Shown here piece by piece: positions 9,397 through 17,688 of a stretch of DNA of 64,000 bases. Origin of the DNA: an uncultured bacterium. Its GTDB lineage: Bacteria; Krumholzibacteriota; Krumholzibacteriia; Krumholzibacteriales; Krumholzibacteriaceae. The notes below the pieces were generated by a model. That model ran no database searches and had not been told where the DNA came from. It saw only the letters and a program-made list of their open reading frames with translations. Each line of letters begins with the position of its first letter. The first letter of the stretch is position 1. The stretch is taken from positions 64,001 to 128,000 of the forward strand of contig CAWBAN010000001.1 in NCBI GenBank assembly GCA_963786935.1, read 5' to 3'. The position numbers and the translations under genes are program-made.

Positions 9397-10962
9397 CTAG
9401 AGGTTCAAGAATAATTGATTCTTCTGCTCGCGGCTCTCGTTGATCGCGGTCACGTAAATGGCGGGGCGGTCGATGACGGGGCACTTCGTCTCGCAGATTC
9501 CGCAGCCGATACAGAGATCGGGATTCACAACGGGCTTCTTGAGAACGACGACGGCGCCCGTCTCGTCGATCGCCGGCTCCTCGACGAACGTGATGGCCTT
9601 CTTGTCCGTCGGGCAGTGCTCCTCGCATACGATGCACTGGCGCCCGAACGCGTAGGGGAGGCAGCGGTTCTTGTCGACGAAGGCGAGCCCGATGTGGATC
9701 TTCTGCTTCTCCTCGACGGTCACGGGCCGGATGGCGCCCGTCGGGCAGACCTGCGAGCAGAGGTTGCAGTTGAACTCGCAGTAGCCGAGACGCGGGACGA
9801 GGATCGGGGTCCAGAGCCCCTCGAGCCCCGCCTCGGCGAGGGTCGGGTGCAGGCCGTTCGTGAGACACACCTTCATGCACTCGCCGCACTTCACGCAGCG
9901 GCGGACGAAATCCTGTTCAGGGAGCGCGCCGGGTGGCCGGATGAGCGAGGGATCGGTGCGCTTGCGCTGCATGCCGGTCGCGATTATGGGCACGGTGAGA
10001 ACCGCCCCGACGCCGCTCGCCAGCAGCCACCGGCGTCTGAGATCGACGTTCCCGTTCCCCGTCGGCTGCGTCGTCGGGCGAATCGCGATCGCATCCGCCG
10101 GGCAGACCTCGCGGCAGTTGTAGCAGACGAGGCATTCCCTGCTCGCCCATTCCCCCGCGGGGAAGGGCGTGGCGTCCCCCTGACATGCGACGACGCATTT
10201 TCTGCACGAGATGCACTTGTTCGCGTCGTTCGCCACCCGCGCGGCGGACTGTTTCCAGCCGATGAGGCCGAGGAGCGCCCCGAGCGGACACAAGTAGCGG
10301 CACCAGAACCGCGGCGCGAGGAAATTGAGCCCCAGAATCGCGGTGAAGATGAGCCCGATGAAGAGCGATTGCCTGAATATCGGCTGATTGAACGAGAGCA
10401 CGGTCCCGCTCATCTTCGTGAGGAGCCCGTCGAGCCCGGGGCTCACGACGGGAATGTTGAGCCCGGCACCCGTCTCGAGCGCCGCGCGCGCGATCTTGTT
10501 GACCGCGGGGTTGTAGCCGATCGCGAGCGAACGGATCGTGAGCGAGATGGGATCGAGGAAGCCCGCCGCGTTCCATCCGAAGAGGGCGGCGACGAGCACG
10601 AAGACGAGCACGTAGTATTTCACCGGGCGCCAGCCGGGGAACCGCCCCTCGGACCGCCCCGGCTTGAGGCTCCGCATGCGCAGCGCCCCGATCGCCGTGT
10701 TGATCGCCCCGAGCGGGCAGACCCAGCCGCAGAAGAATCGCCCGAGAAATATCGTGAGCGCCACGGTGATGAGGGAGAGGAGGAACACCGCGCGCACGGC
10801 ATGCGAGGCCAGCAGCGCGCTCAGCGCCACGAGCGGATCGAAGTCGAGGAAGAGACGCACGGGCTGGCCGAGATCGTTCGATCCCTTGTACTCCGTCTGG
10901 ACGAACAGATAGACGAAGAAGAGGAAGAAGACGATCTGCGCCGCGCGCCGAAGGTTCTTCAT
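9397..10962 (-). CDS. Membrane polyferredoxin (NapH/MauN-like with NapG-like 4Fe-4S domains)
   Basis: GRFFCGWVCPLG, RFWCRYLCPLG, multiple CxxCxxCxxxC clusters, IRPPGAL. Confidence 0.88.
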   Translation of the reverse strand: MKNLRRAAQIVFFLFFVYLFVQTEYKGSNDLGQPVRLFLDFDPLVALSALLASHAVRAVFLLSLITVALTIFLGRFFCGWVCPLGAINTAIGALRMRSLKPGRSEGRFPGWRPVKYYVLVFVLVAALFGWNAAGFLDPISLTIRSLAIGYNPAVNKIARAALETGAGLNIPVVSPGLDGLLTKMSGTVLSFNQPIFRQSLFIGLIFTAILGLNFLAPRFWCRYLCPLGALLGLIGWKQSAARVANDANKCISCRKCVVACQGDATPFPAGEWASRECLVCYNCREVCPADAIAIRPTTQPTGNGNVDLRRRWLLASGVGAVLTVPIIATGMQRKRTDPSLIRPPGALPEQDFVRRCVKCGECMKVCLTNGLHPTLAEAGLEGLWTPILVPRLGYCEFNCNLCSQVCPTGAIRPVTVEEKQKIHIGLAFVDKNRCLPYAFGRQCIVCEEHCPTDKKAITFVEEPAIDETGAVVVLKKPVVNPDLCIGCGICETKCPVIDRPAIYVTAINESREQKNQLFLNL

Positions 10963-10968
10963 CGTTTG

Positions 10969-11913
10969 CTACCCGAGGTTCACCTCGATGAGTCCCGTGC
11001 TCCGGTAATCCTGTTTCCCGAGGCCGCGCTTCTCGGCGAGGGCCACCGCCCGGAAGTTCTCGACCTTCTTCCCGAAGAGCCCGATGCCGAAGGCTTCGAG
11101 GCGCACCGGATCGGCGCTCGCGGCGACCGTGTCGAGCTTCTCGACGTCGTTCGTGCTGCCCCCCTGCGGGCCGTTCGCCTTGAGGATCCGCACGGCGTCG
11201 AGAACGTTGAGCTGCGGCTTGAAGAACGCCTGCAGATCGACGATGCTCTCGGGGAGCCGCTGGTGCATGAGGTTCCGCGCGCCGCCGGCGACCCCCATGA
11301 GATTCTTCATCATGAGCGTCACGCCGCCGAGGCCGTGGTGCTTCGCGACGGGAACGTTGATGATCTTGTCCGCTTCCATCGCGTCGCGGTAGACGAGCCA
11401 ATCCTTGAGGACCTCGCCGTTCAGATTCGTCTTCACGTAATGCCGGTCCTCGATGAAAAGGACCTCGGCGCCCGCCTGCTTCGCCGCGTCCTGAATGCCG
11501 CTCCGCTTGTAGGTGCGCCGCGCGTCGTTGCAGGGATTGTCGGCGACGAAGACCCTCTTCGCCCCGGCTTCGAGCGCCATGGCGACGAGGGCGGCGACGA
11601 CGGCCGGGTTCGTGTTGGCGGCCTGCTCCTCGGTGCGGTCCCATCCTATGTTCGGCTTCACGAGGACGACGTCCCCCTTAGAGATGAAGGCGCCCATCCC
11701 GCCGATGAGCTCGATCGCTTTGCGCGTCGAGAGCGTCGGATCGGGCCCCTTGACGACCGCCATCTCGTATTTTTCGATCTTCGGCTTGTCGGTTTTCGGC
11801 TTCTCGGCGGGCCTGGCGCCCTTCTGTGCCTGAAACGCGGAGAGCTGTCCCTTCGGAACGAGGAGCTCCGCGGCCCCAACCGCGAGCCCCGCGAGGAATT
11901 TTCTTCTATCCAT
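10969..11913 (-). CDS. DUF362 domain protein with Tat signal peptide
   Basis: MDRRKFL twin-arginine start; VLVKPNIGWDR, TNPAVV, INVPVAKHH, TLMMKNLMG. Confidence 0.85.
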   Translation of the reverse strand: MDRRKFLAGLAVGAAELLVPKGQLSAFQAQKGARPAEKPKTDKPKIEKYEMAVVKGPDPTLSTRKAIELIGGMGAFISKGDVVLVKPNIGWDRTEEQAANTNPAVVAALVAMALEAGAKRVFVADNPCNDARRTYKRSGIQDAAKQAGAEVLFIEDRHYVKTNLNGEVLKDWLVYRDAMEADKIINVPVAKHHGLGGVTLMMKNLMGVAGGARNLMHQRLPESIVDLQAFFKPQLNVLDAVRILKANGPQGGSTNDVEKLDTVAASADPVRLEAFGIGLFGKKVENFRAVALAEKRGLGKQDYRSTGLIEVNLG

Positions 11914-12021
11914 CCGTGTTACCGCCCTTTCTCTCGGTGCAAATACACGGGGCAGATTGATTGCTTTCGGTATTATACCCATTCGGCAGGGCTTCGGCAC
12001 GAGCAATTTTGGCGACGGTGA

Positions 12022-12110
12022 GAGCGCGCGGGTGGCGCTCATGGGGTCCCCGCCCGCGCGCAGCGAAAGCGAGCACGGGTGGGGTGCAATGAGCGACAGG
12101 ACCCGCGCTC
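12022..12110. repeat. Long imperfect intergenic palindrome (REP-like hairpin)
   Basis: Nested arms gagcgcg..ggt/acccgcgctc, cgctcat/atgagcg, ccccgcccgcgc/gcacgggtgggg; apex GC-GAAA-GC. Confidence 0.65.
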
Positions 12111-12198
12111 CCTGATCGGGGGCGAAGACGCTTGCGCCCCGGGGCCGTTATGCCGTATCTTGTGCAGAGCAGGGGATCACAAGAAAAGGGTGTATCTC

Positions 12199-13386
12199 AT
12201 GGAGCCGAAAGAAGTTCAGTTTCAGCCCAAGGCATTCTATAGAAAACTCGACTCGCTCCTCGCCGTGATCGGCAAGGCGAGCGCGAAGGATCTCAACAGC
12301 CTCGTCCTCGACGAGCTCGCGCAGACCTTCGGCCCCGATCTCAAGATTCAGAGCGGGTGCCTCTACCGCCGCAAGGGGGGCTCCTACGAGAAAGTCAAAG
12401 GCCCGGTCGGCGCCTCCCTCGAGCCGTGGCCGGTCTCCGTTCCGAGGAGCGATCCGGCGATCTCGCTTGTGATCGAGCACAAGGCCTATATCTTCGCCGA
12501 TTCGGCGTGGCCGCCGTGGGGCAACAACAGCGTCGCGGTCGCCATCGGCGAGGAGAACCAGTTCCTCATGGCCTTCAGGCTCTTTCCCGGCTGGGAGCGC
12601 GAGCTGATCGAGCTTTCGCTCAACTCGGTCCGGAACACGCTCAACTACATCAGGTCATCGCGCAGCTTCGGGATGATGTTCCAGGAAGCGTACGAGATCC
12701 AGAAGAGCCTCCTCCCGAAGCAGGATCCCCTCTTCGACGGTTACGACATCTCGGGGCGGTCGATCGCGGCCGAGTTCGTCGGAGGCGATCTCTACGATTA
12801 CCATATGTTCGACAGCAAGATGCTCGGGCTCGCGATCGGAGACGCGAGCGGCCACGGGCTCCCCGCGGCGCTGCTCGCCCGCGACGTTCTCACGGGGCTC
12901 CGGATGGGAGTCGAGCGCGAGCTCAAGATCTCGAGCCTCATCGGGAAGCTGAACCGCGTCATCAACGGGAGCTTCCTTTCGACGCGGTTCATCTCCCTCG
13001 TGTACGGGGAGCTCGAGCAGAACGGCACGTTCGTCTACGTGAACGCGGGGCACAACGTCCCGTTTCTCATCAAGCAGTCGGAGACGCAATCGCTCGGCGT
13101 CGGCGGGACGATTCTCGGCCCGGTTCCCGACATGAGTTTCAAGCGCGGCTTCGCGTTTCTGGACGTGGGGGACCTTCTGCTCCTCTACACCGACGGGATC
13201 GTGGAGCGCGAGGATCCGAAGGGAGAGCCCTTCGGCGACAACCGCCTCATCGAGCTCGTCAAGCAGGAGCGGCGCGAGAAGGCGTCCACGATCATCGAGC
13301 GGCTGTTCATGGAAGTTTACAAGTTCGGCGCGAACGAGAAGTGGCGCGACGACGCGACCGCCGTCATCGTGAAGCGACTCGCGTGA
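12199..13386 (+). CDS. PP2C/SpoIIE-family (RsbU-like) serine phosphatase
   Basis: VGGDLYD, IGDASGHGLPAAL, NAGHN, LYTDGIVE, DDATAV. Confidence 0.9.
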   Translation: MEPKEVQFQPKAFYRKLDSLLAVIGKASAKDLNSLVLDELAQTFGPDLKIQSGCLYRRKGGSYEKVKGPVGASLEPWPVSVPRSDPAISLVIEHKAYIFADSAWPPWGNNSVAVAIGEENQFLMAFRLFPGWERELIELSLNSVRNTLNYIRSSRSFGMMFQEAYEIQKSLLPKQDPLFDGYDISGRSIAAEFVGGDLYDYHMFDSKMLGLAIGDASGHGLPAALLARDVLTGLRMGVERELKISSLIGKLNRVINGSFLSTRFISLVYGELEQNGTFVYVNAGHNVPFLIKQSETQSLGVGGTILGPVPDMSFKRGFAFLDVGDLLLLYTDGIVEREDPKGEPFGDNRLIELVKQERREKASTIIERLFMEVYKFGANEKWRDDATAVIVKRLA

Positions 13387-13435
13387 GCGTTTCGCGGCGC
13401 CGCATTCGCCGCGGCAATCGCACGGAGGATTCACC

Positions 13436-15898
13436 ATGAAGAAAACGGTACGAGCGCGTGAGCTTCCGCCGTCCAAGCTGCGGTGGCGCTGCGCTCCCGG
13501 GACGTTCGATTTCAAGACGACCGACGACATCAAGCCGTGCACCGACATCATCGGACAGGACCGGGCGCTCTCGGCCATCAAGATGGGGCTCAAACTCGAG
13601 CACCGGGGATACAACATATTCATCACGGGGCTCGTCGGAACGGGCCGGACGACGACGATCAAGCATCTCCTCGAGCGCCTCGAGAAGAAAGGGCCCATCC
13701 CGGCCGACATCTGCTACATGCACAACTTCAAGAATCCGACCATGCCGCGGTACATCGAGCTCGCGGCGGGGCAGGGGGACGAGCTCTCGGCCGACATGAA
13801 CCGGCTCATCGCGGAGCTCCTCTCGAAGATCTCGTCGGTGTTCCAGAGCGATTACTACAAGGATCACCGGAAGAAGCTCATCGAGGAGTTCCAGCTGAGG
13901 CAGAAGGGCATCATCGCGAAGTTCGAGAAGGACATCGCGAGCGAGGGATTCACGATGGTCCGCATGCAGATCGGCCCCATCACGAAGCCCGAGCTGCTCC
14001 CCGTCATCGACGGCAACCCGGTCAACTTCCCGCAGATCCAGAAGCTCGTCGAGGAGGGGAAGGTGCCGAAGGAGAGCGTCAAGAAGTACGAGGAGTCTGC
14101 GGAGAAGCTCTCCGAGAAGATGCAGTCCGTCTACTCGGAGGTGAAGGATCTCGAGCGCGCGGCGAACAAGCGCCTCGAGCAGCTCGACATCGAGATGGTG
14201 AGTCCCCTCATCCGCGATCTCATCGAGGAGATCGAGCTGAAATACGCGAACGAGGTGCTCACGCGGGAACTCGACGAGGTCGAGGAAGCGCTCATGCAGA
14301 AGCTCGATCTCTTCCGCCCCTCCGACGAGGACGGCGCGCCGCAGCAGGCGGCGCCCGGCGGCGAGGCCGGCGAGCGGGAGGACCCGTTCCGGGAGTTCCG
14401 CGTGAACGTCGTCGTCGACAACTCCGAGACGAAGGCGCCCCCCGTCGTCATCGAGAACTTCCCCAACTTCCGGAACCTCTTCGGCGCGATCGAGCGCGAC
14501 ATCGTCTTCGGCGGGGTCACGAGGGTGGATCACATGAACATCCGCGCCGGCTCGTTCCATCGCGCCAACGGCGGCTACCTCGTCCTCAACGCGCTCGACG
14601 TCCTCACCGAGCCGGGCGTGTGGCAGAGCCTCAAGCGGACGCTCAAGAGCAGCGAGGCGCTCATCCAGAGCTACGACCCGTGGAGCCTCATCGGATCGTC
14701 CACGCTGAAGCCCGAGGCGATGAAGCTCAAGGTCAAGATCGTGCTCATCGGGGACGACTACCTCTACTATCTCCTCTACTCGATGGACGAGGATTTCCAG
14801 AAGGTCTTCAAGATCAAGGCGGAGTTCGACCGCGAGGTGAAGAACTCGAACGGCGTCATCAAGCAATACGCGGGGTTCATCAAGGCGCTCTCGACGAAGG
14901 AGCGCCTGAAACCGTTCCACCGTTCGGGGGTCGCCGCGGTCGTCGAGTACGGCGTGCGGCTCGCGGGGCGCCAGAACAAGCTCTCGACGCGCTTCAGCGA
15001 GATCGCCGACGTCATCCGCGAATCCGATTACAACGCGCGCGAGGAGGGGAACGGTTACGTCACCGGGGACAACGTGCGCAAGGCGATCCGGTGCCGCATG
15101 CAGCGCATGAATCTCCTCGAGGACAAGATACAGGAGCGCATCGACGAAGGTTCGCTCATGATCGACACGGCCGGCACGGTCGTCGGTCAGGTGAACGCGC
15201 TCTCCGTGTACGATCTCGGCGACTACATGTTCGGGCGCCCGACGCGCATCACGGCGCGCACCGCGCTCGGCAACTCCGGCGTCATCAATATCGAGCGCGA
15301 ATCGGACATGAGCGGCCGCACGCACAACAAGGGCGTCCTCATTCTCTCGGGCTTTATCAGGGGGCGCTACGGCGCCGAGCGGCCGATCGCGATGAGCGCG
15401 AGCATCTGCTTCGAGCAGTCGTACGGCGGCGTGGACGGGGACAGCGCCTCGTCGTCCGAGCTCTACGCGGTCCTCTCGAGCGTCGGGCATCTTCCGATCA
15501 GACAGGATCTCGCCGTGACCGGCTCGATCAACCAGAAGGGGGAGATCCAGCCGATCGGCGGCGTGAACGAGAAAATCGAGGGATTCTACCGCGTATGCAA
15601 GGCGCGGGGGCTCAAGGGCACCGAGGGGGTCGTCATTCCCGAGCAGAACGTCGCCGATCTCATGCTCGACGAGGAGGTCGTGCAGGCGGTCGCGGCGAAG
15701 AAGTTCCACATCTATCCGGTCCGGACGATAGACGAAGGGATCTCGATTCTCACGGGACATCCTGCGGGGAAGCCCTCGAAGAAGGGCGTGTATCCGTCGG
15801 GCTCGGTGAATCGCCTCGTGACGGACAATCTCAAGGCGATGCTCGATCAGTGGAAGGATTACGGCAAAGACAGGGAAAAGGACAAGCAGGACAAGTAG
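13436..15898 (+). CDS. LonC-type Lon-like protease (S16)
   Basis: IIGQDRA, GLVGTGRTT, long coiled coil, GSFHRANGGYL, catalytic DGDSAS and GGVNEKIEGF. Confidence 0.88.
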   Translation: MKKTVRARELPPSKLRWRCAPGTFDFKTTDDIKPCTDIIGQDRALSAIKMGLKLEHRGYNIFITGLVGTGRTTTIKHLLERLEKKGPIPADICYMHNFKNPTMPRYIELAAGQGDELSADMNRLIAELLSKISSVFQSDYYKDHRKKLIEEFQLRQKGIIAKFEKDIASEGFTMVRMQIGPITKPELLPVIDGNPVNFPQIQKLVEEGKVPKESVKKYEESAEKLSEKMQSVYSEVKDLERAANKRLEQLDIEMVSPLIRDLIEEIELKYANEVLTRELDEVEEALMQKLDLFRPSDEDGAPQQAAPGGEAGEREDPFREFRVNVVVDNSETKAPPVVIENFPNFRNLFGAIERDIVFGGVTRVDHMNIRAGSFHRANGGYLVLNALDVLTEPGVWQSLKRTLKSSEALIQSYDPWSLIGSSTLKPEAMKLKVKIVLIGDDYLYYLLYSMDEDFQKVFKIKAEFDREVKNSNGVIKQYAGFIKALSTKERLKPFHRSGVAAVVEYGVRLAGRQNKLSTRFSEIADVIRESDYNAREEGNGYVTGDNVRKAIRCRMQRMNLLEDKIQERIDEGSLMIDTAGTVVGQVNALSVYDLGDYMFGRPTRITARTALGNSGVINIERESDMSGRTHNKGVLILSGFIRGRYGAERPIAMSASICFEQSYGGVDGDSASSSELYAVLSSVGHLPIRQDLAVTGSINQKGEIQPIGGVNEKIEGFYRVCKARGLKGTEGVVIPEQNVADLMLDEEVVQAVAAKKFHIYPVRTIDEGISILTGHPAGKPSKKGVYPSGSVNRLVTDNLKAMLDQWKDYGKDREKDKQDK

Positions 15899-15907
15899 GA
15901 GGATCGC

Positions 15908-17188
15908 ATGACATCGAGGCGTTGGGCAGCGGCGGCAGCGGTTGCGATACTGGCGCTCGCGGCCGGCTGCGGAGAGAAGGCCGCACAGAAGGAAGCGCCC
16001 GCCGTTCCCGTCGGCGTGAATCTCGTCGTGAACCCGTCGTTCGAGGAATGGGAGGGAAATCAGCCCGTCGGCTGGAAGCTCGAGCATTTCGAGGGGGAGG
16101 GGAAGAAGGAGAACTACTGCGCGAAATCGCTCAAGGAAAAAGCGAGCGGGAAGTTCGCGTACTCGATGCGCGGCGTGTTCAACGTCGATCGCTGGATGGT
16201 GCTCGTGCAGCGGCACCCGATCACGCCCGGCTACCGCCTGTGGTTCGGCGCCCAGATGCGCGGCGAGAATCTCCAGAAGGGGAGGGATCAGCAGGGGCGC
16301 GCGAACATCTACGTGATATTCTACGACAAGAACGGCAAGCGCGTGCTCGACCGCTACTACGCGGACGGCTACACGCGCACGCTGACCGGCACCACCGAGT
16401 GGCAGCGGCTCGGCCGCCGCGTCGACATCCCGAAGAACGCGCACTTCGTCGACGTCGGTTTCATCTGCCAGATGACGGGCTGGCTCTACTTCGACGACGT
16501 CGAGCTCGTCCTGGAAGAGCCGATCCCGTGGCGCGAGATCGACAGCAAATACGTGAAGTACTACTACCTCGAGGGGAGCCCGTTCCCCGAAGGGGCGATC
16601 GAGAAGGAGAACAAGTTCGTCGAGAGCGTCGTCAAGAAGCTCAAGCTGAAGGTCGAGAACAAGATCACCTACTACTACTATCCGAGCGAGGAGAAATTCC
16701 AGGAAATCTTCGGCGTGAAGAAGGGTCACGAGCGCGCGCTGTGGAAGAAGCAGGAGATTCACACGACGAAGACCTATGACGACCACGAAATGATTCACCT
16801 GCTGCTGACGCCGCTCGGCTATCCGCCGTTCGGGCTCGCCGAGGGCGCCGTTTTCTACGTTCTCGGATCGTGGGACGGCAAGGACCTGCACCTGATCGCG
16901 AAGCAGCAGCTCTCGGCGAAGCGGCTCCCCGCGCTCTACACGATGATCAGCGACGACGCCATGGCCGAGTTCGGCATGTCGAACATCGTCCCCGGATGGG
17001 CGTCGTTCTGCATCTGGCTCATCGAGCGGCAGGGCGCCGATAAATTCATGAAGCTCTACGCGGCGACGAACGAGGTGAACGAAGCCGCCCCGTTCAAGGC
17101 GCATTTCAAGGATATTTACGGGAAGGATTTCGAGGAGACCGACCGCGAGTGGCGGTTGTGGGTGCTCCGGTACCAGTCGAGGAAATGA
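15908..17188 (+). CDS. Lipoprotein with CBM-like domain and putative gluzincin peptidase domain
   Basis: Lipobox LAAGC; NLVVNPSFEEW...YFDDVEL; HEMIH followed by GLAEGA. Confidence 0.65.
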   Translation: MTSRRWAAAAAVAILALAAGCGEKAAQKEAPAVPVGVNLVVNPSFEEWEGNQPVGWKLEHFEGEGKKENYCAKSLKEKASGKFAYSMRGVFNVDRWMVLVQRHPITPGYRLWFGAQMRGENLQKGRDQQGRANIYVIFYDKNGKRVLDRYYADGYTRTLTGTTEWQRLGRRVDIPKNAHFVDVGFICQMTGWLYFDDVELVLEEPIPWREIDSKYVKYYYLEGSPFPEGAIEKENKFVESVVKKLKLKVENKITYYYYPSEEKFQEIFGVKKGHERALWKKQEIHTTKTYDDHEMIHLLLTPLGYPPFGLAEGAVFYVLGSWDGKDLHLIAKQQLSAKRLPALYTMISDDAMAEFGMSNIVPGWASFCIWLIERQGADKFMKLYAATNEVNEAAPFKAHFKDIYGKDFEETDREWRLWVLRYQSRK

Positions 17189-17688
17189 CGAACGAATACA
17201 CTTTTTGTCCCCTCTGCGCCGAGCCGCTCGAGCGAGCGCTCGAGGGGAAGCACATGCGAATGGCCTGCCGCGCCTGCGGCTGGACTCATTACCGCAACCC
17301 GGCCCCCGCGGCCGGCGTCGTGATCGTCGAGAACGGCGCGGTGCTCCTCGTGAGGCGGCGCTACGAGCCCTTCGAGGGGCTCTGGTCGATTCCGTCGGGA
17401 TTCATCGAGTTCGACGAGGATGTGCGCGCGACCGCCGCGCGCGAGGCGCTCGAGGAAACGGGGCTCACGATCGAGCTCGACTCGCTGCTCGCGGTGGAAA
17501 CCTGCTTCGACGATCCGCGCGGGAACACGCTCCTCGTGCTCTACCGCGCTCACCGGACCGGCGGCGTGCCGGCGGCGGGGGACGACGCGAAGGAGATCGG
17601 ATTCTTCCCGCTCGGCGCGCTCCCGCCGCTCGCCTTCGAAGCGCACCGGAAGGTGCTCGCCTCGCTCACTGCACGGCCCGGATGCTGA
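17185..17688 (+). CDS. NUDIX hydrolase with zinc ribbon
   Basis: FCPLCA...CRACG; Nudix box GFIEFDEDVRATAAREALEETG. Confidence 0.9.
   Translation: MTNEYTFCPLCAEPLERALEGKHMRMACRACGWTHYRNPAPAAGVVIVENGAVLLVRRRYEPFEGLWSIPSGFIEFDEDVRATAAREALEETGLTIELDSLLAVETCFDDPRGNTLLVLYRAHRTGGVPAAGDDAKEIGFFPLGALPPLAFEAHRKVLASLTARPGC

Noticed and set aside
13364..17104. Very long antisense and alternate-frame ORFs (1246 aa here; also 23339-26782, 9415-12021, 54645-57128)
   Set aside because: Shadow ORFs expected in high-GC DNA with strong codon bias; Arg/Ala/Gly-rich, motif-free and overlapping well-supported genes.
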